DNA of 63,796 nucleotides, counting the filler, from Thraustochytrium aureum (Eukaryota), in the NCBI GenBank assembly GCA_012862495.1. It is 5 parts of 4 records of this genome, joined end to end, with 100 filler letters (N's around TTAATTAATTAA, not from the genome) between each part and the next. Parts side by side here need not be neighbours in the genome. Positions count along the whole stretch, not along the records: positions 25,060 to 43,193 come from BLSG01000191.1; positions 43,294 to 59,298 come from BLSG01000192.1; 3 more parts are not named here. One strand, written 5' to 3'. The notes under the pieces were generated by a model. That model searched no databases, was not told where the DNA came from, and saw only the letters and a program-made list of their open reading frames with translations. Shown here in pieces: positions 33,241 to 44,134 of the stretch (position 1 is its first letter; the number at the start of each line of letters is the position of its first letter). Both the position numbers and the translations under genes were made by a program.

Positions 33241-34328
33241 AAACCAACCGAGCTCTGCAGGACAAGTGCGAGCGGCACCTCGCCGAGCGGTCGCGCTGGC
33301 GGCTTGAAAAGCACGCGCTCGAGGTGGACTTGGAGGCCACGCGGCGGCGGCTACGGTCCAGCATGGCGAACGGGCTCGGCGTCGACATGGGCGGCCCGCG
33401 GCGCCACGCGTCGGCGGGGGCAGTACCGTCGGTCTCAGAGGCCCCAGGCCGCACTTCCCGGACCGTTAGCCGCGACTTTACAGCCAGGCCCAGTCGCTGC
33501 GCGGTGGGAGCGCCGTCTACGCGCACGACGAGGGGAGTGACTACGCTGACGAGTTGCCGCACGGGCATCCCTATGATACCCAGCCGCCCCAGCCGCACCG
33601 CCACTCGTACTCGACTGGGCCTCCGAGCCCGTCGGAGAGAGAGAGGGAGAGGGGACAAATGTCCCACGGCGACGCGGCAGCAGCCAACGGTGCAACGCGT
33701 CGCCGCACGGCGCCCTCGGGGCTGGCTCCTGTCGAGCCAGCTAGTTTGGGCCCGCCGTCACCGCCGCCGCTTTCCTCTGCGTCCGCCACGGCATCCACGT
33801 CGCGACCTTCCCACCGCGCGAGTAGCAACGGCCAGTTATTTCAGCGCGTCATTGACGACGACTCGTTTGACGGATCGCGGGCTGCGCCAGCCTCGACAGA
33901 CTCGTCGCAGGGTCGTCGGCCGCCCTTTTATAGGTTCTTCCCGCCGCGGGTCTCTATTTCGCGAGTCCGTCTTCCATGTGGACAACAAACACGTACAGCG
34001 CCAACGCGCCAAGTCCAATGCAGACGAGCGCGCCTCGAGAGCCAGCTCCGCCGTAGTGTCAGCGGCAGCAGCGGCATTGCATGCCAGTAGACAGCAGGTT
34101 GCGGGGGGCACGGTCGTGGGCAGCGTTGGAGATGCTGCTTCGGCGGACGTTCCAGGCCGCGATCACCGCAGGTCGTCGCTCTCGTCGTTTGCCTCGGCCG
34201 GAACCTTGGCCAGGCGCAAGGCGGCTGCGGCCGAAGGTGCGCGGCTCCGCATTCCACATGCGGTGCGCGAGGCGAACCGCGGTCAGCCAGCGGGCCACAA
34301 ACCGCACGTCAAGCTGGACTTGGACTGA
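33241..34328 (+). CDS. 3' part of a hypothetical coiled-coil/low-complexity protein (probably frameshifted)
   Basis: Coiled coil 'LQDKCERHLAERSRWRLEKHALEVDLEATRRRL' followed by an S/R-rich tail. The 5' end lies in the gap. Confidence 0.45.
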
Positions 34329-34594
34329 GGCTGGCTCGCGGTCGGGCGGGCGGCGTGCTTGGCGGCTCACTTCGTGCAAGAGCGGCCTGACAGGCGGCGT
34401 TTGGCTTGTTGTGGGCCGGCCGAGTCTGCGCCACCCAGATAGAGAGGTTTGTTTTGCGCTGCTGAGAGCCGGAGCGACCGTCGTAGGTAGAACGAGAAGT
34501 CACGAAGTGGGTCTTTTGTGTGCTTTGCTCAACTACCTGCCTTTTTCATAAAGAGCCTCAGCTTTGAGGCCGCGCAATTTCGCCGTTTACGCAC

Positions 34595-35170
34595 CTACTT
34601 GCTCTTGAGCAAAGCGATGCGCTCCTGGACGCGGCGCTGCTGCTCCGCGATCGCGGCGGCGCGAGCATCAGCTAGCGTTCCGCCAGGCGTCCGCTTGCTC
34701 GCCGACGCGGCCGGCCGCTTGCTTGGAGTCACCTGCGCGAGTGGGGTCGCTGGCTTGAGCGGCGTCGCAGACTTGAGCGGCGTCGCAGACTTGAGCGGCG
34801 TCGCAGACTTGAGCGGGATCGAAGCCTTGAGTGGCGTGCTTTGACTCGCGCGGCTCGGCGCTTGGTTCGCAAAATGCCGGGCGTTCTCGTTTGCTTCTTC
34901 CTCTTCCTCCTCCTCCTCCTCCTCTTCGTCCTCCTCGCTCGCGTCCATCTCGTCGTCATCCACGACATCATCCTCGTCCTCTTCTCCATCTACATCGTCC
35001 TCCTGGTCATCCACCATGTCCTGGGCGTAAACGTCGCTCTCTCGGGCAGTGGCCTTCTCGGAGAACTCTGCAGTGCGCGCCCCTTTGTTCGCGACACGTG
35101 CCGTCGAGGACCCAACCACTCCAGCAACGATCGAGATGACCAAACTGGCCGCAAAACACCGCCGCCTCGG
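34595..35170 (-). CDS. 3' part of a hypothetical protein (hydrophobic segment, acidic tract, KSATPL repeats)
   Basis: Open frame from the gap to the stop at 34595. An 18-bp repeat at 34740-34840 encodes (K-S-A-T-P-L)n. Confidence 0.55.
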   Translation of the reverse strand, partial: PRRRCFAASLVISIVAGVVGSSTARVANKGARTAEFSEKATARESDVYAQDMVDDQEDDVDGEEDEDDVVDDDEMDASEEDEEEEEEEEEEEANENARHFANQAPSRASQSTPLKASIPLKSATPLKSATPLKSATPLKPATPLAQVTPSKRPAASASKRTPGGTLADARAAAIAEQQRRVQERIALLKSK

Positions 35171-36364
35171 NNNNNNNNNNNNNNNNNNNNNNNNNNNNNN
35201 NNNNNNNNNNNNNNNNNNNNNNNNNNNNNNNNNNNNNNNNNNNNNNNNNNNNNNNNNNNNNNNNNNNNNNNNNNNNNNNNNNNNNNNNNNNNNNNNNNNN
35301 NNNNNNNNNNNNNNNNNNNNNNNNNNNNNNNNNNNNNNNNNNNNNNNNNNNNNNNNNNNNNNNNNNNNNNNNNNNNNNNNNNNNNNNNNNNNNNNNNNNN
35401 NNNNNNNNNNNNNNNNNNNNNNNNNNNNNNNNNNNNNNNNNNNNNNNNNNNNNNNNNNNNNNNNNNNNNNNNNNNNNNNNNNNNNNNNNNNNNNNNNNNN
35501 NNNNNNNNNNNNNNNNNNNNNNNNNNNNNNNNNNNNNNNNNNNNNNNNNNNNNNNNNNNNNNNNNNNNNNNNNNNNNNNNNNNNNNNNNNNNNNNNNNNN
35601 NNNNNNNNNNNNNNNNNNNNNNNNNNNNNNNNNNNNNNNNNNNNNNNNNNNNNNNNNGCCGCTCCTGCTGCTGCTGCTGCTCCTGCTGTGCTGCTCCGGC
35701 TGCTCCTGCTCGATTCGGGTCTGGCGGGCGGTTTTCCTGTCTTCGTTGTTGTACTCGTTGTAGTTGGTGGAGGAGCACTCGAGTGCTCAACGAGGTCTCT
35801 CCGAGGCATCCAGCGTGATGTCGAGCGGGATGCCTGGCTGGCTTGCCTGGTGAAGCAGCGCTCGCGCTCTGCTGCGCTACGGCTCTGCAGGTCGCGAGAT
35901 CCACGCGGGCTGGGCATTGAAGGCTCTGGCGGCGCTTGGGCGGTGCAGGAAGGATGATGTAGGTTGGGCGAACTTGTCGCCGATTCAGCGGTGGGCGCTC
36001 TACTCGGCTTGTTGGACGCGTTTGCTCGCTGCAATGCGGGCCGCGAACTCTGCGCGACCAGAGCCCCGCATTCTGCTGCGCCTGGCGCTGTCCAGAGCGC
36101 TCGAAGACAGCTCCTATTGGCGAGAGAACGAGCTCGGTGTGGGCACCCATCGCTTCGCGCCGCAGGAGCTGCCAATGGCAGCCTGGCCCCGAGCCATTCT
36201 CTCAAGGCTGCGCAACGCAGCGGCTGCGCAACGCGGCGGCTGCAGATGGCTTGACGAATGGCGCTCGGCGCATTGCTTTCCGTGCACCGCGAACAACTCG
36301 ACTCGAATGTGTTCGTGTTTCGTTTTTGGGGTTTTGTTGGGCCCGTTGGCCAGATGCGTGAAGG

Positions 36365-37726
36365 ATGGCCAGGTCGTGGGACACCAGGGCGCGCCGCGGC
36401 TGCATGCGGGGCCGGTGGAAAGCACCGCTGGCCATTGCGCTCGGCGCGCTTTGGCTCGTGCTGCACTGGCGGGCCCTGCCAGAGCCAACGTCGGCGGCGC
36501 GCATTCGCGCCCTTTCGCAGCAATCGCGGGCTGCGCCAGCGTTGACCGAGGCGCGGGCTGCCGAGGCTACAGAGCGCGCGCGCTCGGAGGCCCTCGGGGC
36601 TACAGGGCGAGCGCGCTCGGAGGCCCTCGGGGCAATGCCGAATTACTTTGCAGGGTTTTCGCCCGAGGAGGCCCCGCCCCCTCGAGGGCTCGATATGGCA
36701 GCGCTGGCGATGTGTCGCGCCGCCAAGGGTGGGCCCCTGGTCGAGAACCGCCTTTCTGAGTGTGAGGATGGCGCCTGCTTGAAGTGCGTCGAGCCAAACC
36801 ACCTGGCGCAAGTCAAGCCGCTCCTAGAGGGCTTCTGGGACCGCCAGCTCGCCGCCAAGCGAAAGCACGCGCTCCAGTCCTGGTTCGATGCCGGCTCGCT
36901 CGTTCACGTCGTCGCAGTTGACGAAAACATCGTGCACATGGTCCTCAACTGGGCCTGCGCAGCCGACCGGGCGCGGGAAGGGTCAGCGCGGCGCCTGCTC
37001 GTCGTGACCTCCTCGCTGGAGGTCGTCGACTTGGTGCGCCGCGCCGGCCTCCGGGTTTTGGACCCGGCAGACCTCTTCGCGGCCGGGGCTAGCTTTCCAG
37101 AGAAGACAAAAGGGTTCAAGTGGGCCATGTCCAACCTGATCCGGACCGCTGCCGAGCTCGTTTATTTAGGCTACGACGTCTTGCTCCAGGACGCAGATGT
37201 GGTGTGGCTCAAGGACGCAGAGGCCGCCTTGTCCGCGCACGTAGAGTCGCGGAACTTGGACATGGCCTTCCAGACTGCGGCTCGCTTTGACGCCCAAGGC
37301 CCCGCAAACAGTGGCGTGGTGATGGTCCGGAGTAACCCCAAAACGCGCTTGTTCATGCTCTGCATGCTCAACGCCCTGGCCCTGGTTTACCACATGCAAG
37401 ACGACCAGCGCCTCTGGAACCACATGCTACGGCACTATTTGTTTTCGCAGCTCCACTGGGAGACACTCCCTGCCGACCTCGTGCTGGGAATCAAGTCCTC
37501 TCTGCAAAAGTGGTCGCGCAAGCGCGTGCAAGCCGAAGACCCAGTGATTGTGCACCGCGTCGGCAACCAAAACAAGCGCGCCACCAACAAGGCGCTCGAC
37601 ATGCGCGAGCTCGGCCTCTGGTTCTTCGACGAGACCTGCCGCCTGGTCAAGCCGAGCGCCTTCCCATCCGCGACCTTCGAGGCTGAAGTTGGTGCTATTT
37701 GGCGCAGCGCCTCCGCTGGAGTCTAG
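36365..37726 (+). CDS. Nucleotide-diphospho-sugar transferase (GT77-like), type II membrane glycosyltransferase
   Basis: N-terminal signal anchor, 'MVLNWAC', DxD motif 'GYDVLLQDADVVWLKD', 'ANSGVVMVRSN..T', 'DDQRLWN'. Confidence 0.85.
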   Translation: MARSWDTRARRGCMRGRWKAPLAIALGALWLVLHWRALPEPTSAARIRALSQQSRAAPALTEARAAEATERARSEALGATGRARSEALGAMPNYFAGFSPEEAPPPRGLDMAALAMCRAAKGGPLVENRLSECEDGACLKCVEPNHLAQVKPLLEGFWDRQLAAKRKHALQSWFDAGSLVHVVAVDENIVHMVLNWACAADRAREGSARRLLVVTSSLEVVDLVRRAGLRVLDPADLFAAGASFPEKTKGFKWAMSNLIRTAAELVYLGYDVLLQDADVVWLKDAEAALSAHVESRNLDMAFQTAARFDAQGPANSGVVMVRSNPKTRLFMLCMLNALALVYHMQDDQRLWNHMLRHYLFSQLHWETLPADLVLGIKSSLQKWSRKRVQAEDPVIVHRVGNQNKRATNKALDMRELGLWFFDETCRLVKPSAFPSATFEAEVGAIWRSASAGV

Positions 37727-38507
37727 CTTCTTGAGCCTTCCCATTTAGAACGCCAGTTTCATCATTCTGCAAGCGCGGCAAGAGACCTAGTCAGGCAAAC
37801 CTAAAGCCTCGGATGCGCACAGAGCCACAGAGAACCACTGCCCGCTCGCCGCGCTCTGGAGGCGAACGCGCTGGCCTGAATCGGGGCGCCGGAGCCACAA
37901 CGGCCCGTCGAGTTGGACCGTATCAGCGTCGATTCGCTTGANNNNNNNNNNNNNNNNNNNNNNNNNNNNNNNNNNNNNNNNNNNNNNNNNNNNNNNNNNN
38001 NNNNNNNNNNNNNNNNNNNNNNNNNNNNNNNNNNNNNNNNNNNNNNNNNNNNNNNNNNNNNNNNNNNNNNNNNNNNNNNNNNNNNNNNNNNNNNNNNNNN
38101 NNNNNNNNNNNNNNNNNNNNNNNNNNNNNNNNNNNNNNNNNNNNNNNNNNNNNNNNNNNNNNNNNNNNNNNNNNNNNNNNNNNNNNNNNNNNNNNNNNNN
38201 NNNNNNNNNNNNNNNNNNNNNNNNNNNNNNNNNNNNNNNNNNNNNNNNNNNNNNNNNNNNNNNNNNNNNNNNNNNNNNNNNNNNNNNNNNNNNNNNNNNN
38301 NNNNNNNNNNNNNNNNNNNNNNNNNNNNNNNNNNNNNNNNNNNNNNNNNNNNNNNNNNNNNNNNNNNNNNNNNNNNNNNNNNNNNNNNNNNNNNNNNNNN
38401 NNNNNNNNNNNNNNNNNNNNNNNNNNNNNNNNNNNNNNNNNNNNNNNNNNNNCGCATTGCGCAAACTGCGAATCAGATCAGAATCGGGCCGCGCTGAGGC
38501 GCACGCA

Positions 38508-39756
38508 ATGGCGGGTGCGGGAGCCTCGGCGCACGCGCTTGCGCTGGGCGCGGCTGGGCTCTGCGCGGCGCTGACGGTCTTGGTCTCCGCGCGGCTGATC
38601 TCGCAGCATGTGCGACACTGGACCAAACCGGTGATTCAGCGCAAGATCGTGGGGATCTTGTACCTGGCGCCCGTTTACGCAGCCGCGAGCTTCCTCTCGC
38701 TGGCCTTCAAGGGCCTCGCTGTGTACCTCGACCTGTTTCGCGACTGCTATGAAGCATACTCGATCTGGCTTTTCCTGGCGCTCTGCGTGGCGCTCTTGAA
38801 CGACGGCGACGAGTTTCGCGTCCTCGAGCTCATGGAGGGTCGGCCTCCCGTGCGCCACCCGTGGCCGTTTGACCGCGTCTGGGCCCCGGAGCCGCTGGGG
38901 CCCCCGTTTCTGAGACGCGCCAAGCTAGCGACGATGCAGTTTGTCGTGGCCAAGCCGCTGCTGGCGATATTTGCGGCGGCCATGGAGGCGCTCGACGGCT
39001 ACGACCAGGGCAACTTTCGCGTGGATCGGGCGTACGCCTACGTGGCGCTTGCGCAGAACGTCTCGGTGACTTGGGCCTTCTACTGGCTTTTGCTGTTCTA
39101 CGCTGCCTTCAAGGGGGACCTCGCCCCGCACAACCCGCTGCCCAAGTTTGTCGCGATCAAGGCTGTTCTGTTTTTGTCGTTCTGGCAGGGCCTCGTTATC
39201 GCTGTGCTCGCCAAGATGCACGTCATCTCGGCCGCAGGGACCTGGTCGGTAGAGCAAGTCGCCAACGGCGCGCAAAACTTCCTCTTGTGCGTGGAGATGC
39301 TCGCGGCAGCGCTGGCGCACCACTATGCCTTCAGCTACAAACCCTTCATCGCCGGAGCGGAGGGCGAGGTGGATGACGACGAGCCGACCGGGACGGGCCC
39401 CGGGCGCCGGGATCCGCCTCGGCCTTCTCGCCCGCCCGCGCCTGCGAGACCAGCTCGCTGTCGACGACGCGGTTAACGATTTGAACGACGTTCTGCCCGG
39501 CCGCATGCTCGTCCCGTCGCGGTTCCGGCCAGGGGCTGCGAGGGTAGTAGAGCGGGTGGGTCCGGGCGGGGGCACCGCCTACTCAGCAGAGAGGACGGCG
39601 GCGCAACCTTCCAGCATGCCTCGTCAACAGACAGACCCGGACGGGCTAGGCGTGTTGCGACGCGGGCGGATCCTTTCCGGCGCCGACCTTGCCCAGTACT
39701 TGGACCAAAACTCCGAGGCCCCCGAGCTGCGCGATGGCGGCCTGGGCCTTGTCTGA
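38508..39756 (+). CDS. TMEM184/OSTalpha (Solute_trans_a, LAZ1-like) membrane protein; frameshift near 39395
   Basis: 'HWTKPVIQRKIVGIL..PVYA..SFLSL', 'RDCYEAY', 'H.WPF', 'MQFVVAKP', 'PKFVAIKAVLFLSFWQG', 'QNFLLCVEM..AALAHHYAF'. The tail continues in ORF 39325-39756. Confidence 0.92.
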
Positions 39757-39982
39757 CCCGTCGCCGTGGTGTTGTTGCTGGTAGAGTTGTCCTGTTCTGT
39801 TGGCGGCTCCTCTATTGGACGTGTAGGCCAGCGAAGGAGGCCCCGGGGCGTTGAACAGCAAGCAAGGCAGCGGGTACTGAATCTCTCTTTTCAATCAAGA
39901 TCAGAAGCAAGCAAGCAGGCTCGCCCTTGCGGCACGCGCACGATGTACAGTACTCTACAGGATAGTGGCGATGGTGCTGCTC

Positions 39983-42900
39983 TCAAGCCGAACGGCGCTG
40001 CAAAGAGTCGCGCAGGCGTCGGAAGAGCGCTGCTGGAAGAGCTGCGACCTCCGCAGCGAGAGCCACCGCGAACACGGCCAGGGTATGCAGCAGCGTGCGC
40101 ATGCCGACGTACGGCGCGTTTGAGGGCTTGAGCTTGTACTCGCACCCCTTGCGGAGCATGAGGATGCCCGCGTGCAGGTGGATGTAGAGCACGACGCTAA
40201 ACGTCATAAGGGGCTGGAACACGAGGCAAGCAAGCTGCGACTCGACGCGCTCAAGCACCAGGCTCGCCGAAAAGGTTGGCGCACCGTCGTCAGCGACATC
40301 CTCGGGCGCTCTCGCGGTTGGCTGCGCGCCGGTAACGTGCTCCCACTCGGTCATCGTTGCCGCTTCGGCCGCGGCTTTGGGGCGGCGCGTGCTGAGCGCT
40401 TTGACGGCGAGGCGGCCACCCACCGGGCGCGTAAGCCTCCACTCGTAGTTGAAGAATACGTCGAAGAAAGGGCTCACGTGAAAGTCCTTCTTCCACTTGG
40501 AGGCGTACCAGTCCAGGCCGTCCGCCGCGAGCTCGCGCTTTGCGTCGTCGAAGAACGGCAGCACGTAGAGCCGCTTCTCAAGCCAGGGCGTGTTGCTCAC
40601 CTCGAGAAGGACGGCCTCGAGGCGCGTCCTGTCCGGCGAGAGGCAGTAGAACACGCTGACTGGGTTGAAGACGAACCCGAAGCAGCGCAGGTTGGTGAGC
40701 ACCTGCACCGGTCCGCTGGGCTCGCGGCCGCAGTCCTCCCGAATAGCCTTGCGAACGGCGTCATCGAGGGGCTCGGATGGGTCCCCAAAGTGGTCTTCTC
40801 GCCGCCAGGAAAAGGGCGCCCAGTCGGACGGTTTGGCGGAGACCAACCAGCTGTCGCTGAACNNNNNNNNNNNNNNNNNNNNNNNNNNNNNNNNNNNNNN
40901 NNNNNNNNNNNNNNNNNNNNNNNNNNNNNNNNNNNNNNNNNNNNNNNNNNNNNNNNNNNNNNNNNNNNNNNNNNNNNNNNNNNNNNNNNNNNNNNNNNNN
41001 NNNNNNNNNNNNNNNNNNNNNNNNNNNNNNNNNNNNNNNNNNNNNNNNNNNNNNNNNNNNNNNNNNNNNNNNNNNNNNNNNNNNNNNNNNNNNNNNNNNN
41101 NNNNNNNNNNNNNNNNNNNNNNNNNNNNNNNNNNNNNNNNNNNNNNNNNNNNNNACGGTTTGGCGGAGACCAACCAGCTGTCGCTGAACGCTGTGCCTGC
41201 GCGGACCTCGGCCAAGTCTATGAGCGCCATCCAGACGGGATAGCTGAATGCATGCGAAGACGGCGAGGCACCCTCCACCTTGTTGCGGCGGTGGGCCACC
41301 GTGCCGCGGTACAGGCGCGAGTCTGCGAGCAAAGTCAGCGCGGAAGTGAGCGGCAAGCGCTACGCCAAGTGCCAAAGCCAGTAGCAAAAAAAAACAGAGA
41401 GCTGAGGTGGGCAAATGATTCACGTACGCAATGGGGCCGCCAGCGGGTTCGCGCTGGCCGCAGCGGGGCTCGCTGTGCCGCCCATGGTTTCGATGAGCTC
41501 CGCCTTGGTGCGCGCCTTGCTCAGGAGCTGGTCGGTGTTGACGCGGTTTTCACGCTCCTCCTTGTACCTCACCGCGGTGCTGATCAGAAGCGCCGTCTCG
41601 CGCACCGCGATCGCGCAAATGGGCAGAAGGACGCGCCACGGCGCCTTGAGGATGACCGGATAGAGGAGAATCGGGACAGGGATCCACCGGATCACCACCA
41701 GAGCCAGCAGGTCGAGCTTCCAGAGCAGCGCGTAGCCAGTGTGCCCCAATGTGTAGCCACGGAGGCTGAGCATGGTGCGGAGGCTGCGGAAACAAGCATG
41801 GAGCTCGCTCACGCCGTGCACGATGGCGAGGCCGAGCGCTGTTGTGGCCGTCTTGGTGTCCCCCGGCGAAGGACAGCACGCTCAGAGTCAGGAGGGCGAG
41901 CGAGTGCAACCCGTTCAGGAGCGACCTGTGCAGCAGAAAGCGGGACACCGAGGCCCACGCAAGCACCGCAACGACAAAGTGCATCGGGGAGCGGATGTAG
42001 TACTTTGTTGCGAGGTCCGGCAGCGACGCCGAGGCAGCTGCGGCTTCGCTCTGAACTCGCGCAGAGCCCTCAGCAGAGCAGGCGCCCGTTTCGCTGCCCC
42101 ACTGGCAAAAGTGCACGTCGTCGCCCCCGGCGACCGAGGCCGACGCGTTGATTCCGGACTCGGCACCAATCGCACCTCCCACCGAGGCATCGGCCTGGTC
42201 CCAGGGAGTCGCATTCGCAAGTTGAGTGGTGTACAGCACGTCATGGAACGCGATGAGGCCCAACACGACCGCGCACACGAACACGGAGACGCAGAGCTTG
42301 ACGAAAACGAGCTGCGCTCGTCGGCGTGCACGCGTCGAGACCGTCGCGGTGGCGGGGTCGAGTTTCGGCAGGTATGTGGCGATGAGCGTTGCGAAGATCA
42401 CCGCGGCGCACAGGATTGTAGCGATGTGCCTGATCACGGTGTGCAGGGTGAGCGACATGACGGCGACCCACGACATGACGGCTACAATCGCCGGAAGCAC
42501 GACGGTGTCAAACGACTGCAGCCACAGCGGGACGTCCTCCTCGAGGCCGGCCCCCTCTCCAGAGGCGACAGAGGCAGCAGCGGCAGCAGCCCGCCTGGCG
42601 CCCTTGGCCTGAAGGTCGGCTGTGTCGCGCAGCTTGCTGACGAAAGTGAGGTGGTAGTCGAGGATGTACTTTTGGCGGAAGCCCGACTCGCAGTAGGCAA
42701 AGTACATCTCGAAGACGCGAAACCACGACTCGGGGTAGCCGAGGGCGAGAATCTTCTCCTTGTTGGCCAGGAAGCGCTCGCGCCACATGCGCAGCGTGAT
42801 GGCGTAGTCGGGACCGATGTCGACGACCTCCGCGAGGTCGAGCGCAGTCTCCTCTGTGGCCCATTTGACAGCGCTGAGGGAGGGCAGGTGGCCGCCAGGG

Positions 42901-43193
42901 AAGATGCATTCGCGGATAAAGTCCGAGGTGGAGCAGTATTCGTCGTACCGGTCATCGTGAATCGAGATCACCTGGATCACGGCCCGGCCCCCGGGCTTGA
43001 GCATCCGCTCGACCGTCTCAAAGTACTCTGGGAGGTGCTTGTGGCCGACGGCTTCAAGCATCTCGATGGAAACCACCTTGTCGAAGCAGCCAGGCGCGAG
43101 GTCGTGCTCAAAGACGATCTGGTCCTTGAGCTCGTTGTACTGCTCGATGCCCATCTTGCGATAGTCGCAGATGATGAGGTTGACTTTGTCCTC
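39983..43193 (-). CDS. Fusion gene: cyclopropane-fatty-acyl-phospholipid-synthase-like SAM methyltransferase - multi-TM (TLC-like) domain - DUF1365; 5' truncated by linker; intron 41323-41427; frameshift ~41860
   Basis: CMAS motifs 'DYR', 'FDKVVSIEMLEAVG', 'DFIRECIFPGGHLPSL', 'IGPDYAITLRMWRERF', 'MYFAYCESGF'. A TM region follows. DUF1365 motifs 'LYRGTVAHRR...HAFSYPV', 'LTNLRCFGFVFNPVSVFYC', 'EVSNTPWLE', 'KDFHVSPF'. A GT-AG intron joins them in frame. Confidence 0.85.
41323..41427 (-). other. Spliceosomal intron (105 bp) joining the TM region to DUF1365
   Basis: Donor GTACGT, U-rich body, branch-like GCTGAC, acceptor ...TTGCTCGCAG. Splicing gives in-frame ...A-P-L-H-S-R-L-Y-R-G. Confidence 0.8.
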
Positions 43194-44134
43194 NNNNNNN
43201 NNNNNNNNNNNNNNNNNNNNNNNNNNNNNNNNNNNNNTTAATTAATTAANNNNNNNNNNNNNNNNNNNNNNNNNNNNNNNNNNNNNNNNNNNNGGCCTCC
43301 ACGCCCAGCCCCCCACACAGCCCGCGCAGAGGGGCCGGCTCGATGCCTCACAAAAGGCGTCGCGTGCACACCGTCGCTCTCTCAAAGGGGTAGTGAGGGC
43401 GGCGGCAGTCTTGACTGTCGGGACTGCCTCCGGGTGGAGTGAAAACCAGGTTTACTCTCTCAAGCGTCATGCACACCATTGCGAGAGGGACGGAGAGGAG
43501 GAGAGGGAAAGGAATATGTTTTTGGGGCCTCTGTGGGGAGGCGCGTTGGCTCGTGCTTTGTTTTGGGAGACGGTGTTTTGGGGGAGCGGCCAGGGCGTTT
43601 TGGGGCAGCCAGGGCGTTTTGGGGCGTTTGATAAGTTTTTTTGTTAGATTTGTCGGTTTTTGTCAAGTGGTTTTTACTTCTGCTTGTAATTACCTAAACT
43701 GTTGTTTTTTTGTGTTTTTTTTTGGTTGTAAAAGAAAATAGGTTTTTAGAAGTGTTATTTTTAGATGAAAGGTTTTTTTTTTTTTTTTGGTTGGACAACT
43801 TGAAGCTGTTTGTGGCCTGTGTAGACAGACTCTACGTGCAGCATACAGCACACGCATTCGCTCCATGCGCGCAAGCAGGGGAGGCGGGCATTGCACGTGG
43901 AGCGCGCAAAGGCGGCGGGGAGGCAGAGACGCTAAGGGCCGCGGGAGGGCGGCGCGACAGGCCGTGAGGGCAGGCCGGCTGCTGCGTTGCGCGACAGGGC
44001 GGGCGCCCGGCTGGGGTGGCTCGGCGTCGACCGTCGCTCGGTCTCTCTCGGTCGCTCGGTCGCTCGGTCGCGCGCTGGGGTCTCGCTCGAGCGTGGTCGA
44101 TCCGGTGGTCGGTCGGGGCGCCCGGGCCGGGACG

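Noticed and set aside
37787..37941. Short minus-strand protein-like fragment next to a gap
   Set aside because: May be the 3' end of a small gene hidden in the gap, but it is too short to assign.
43620..43800. AT-rich poly-T tract as a foreign or organellar insert
   Set aside because: Low-complexity upstream sequence near a scaffold end, with no coding or RNA-gene features.
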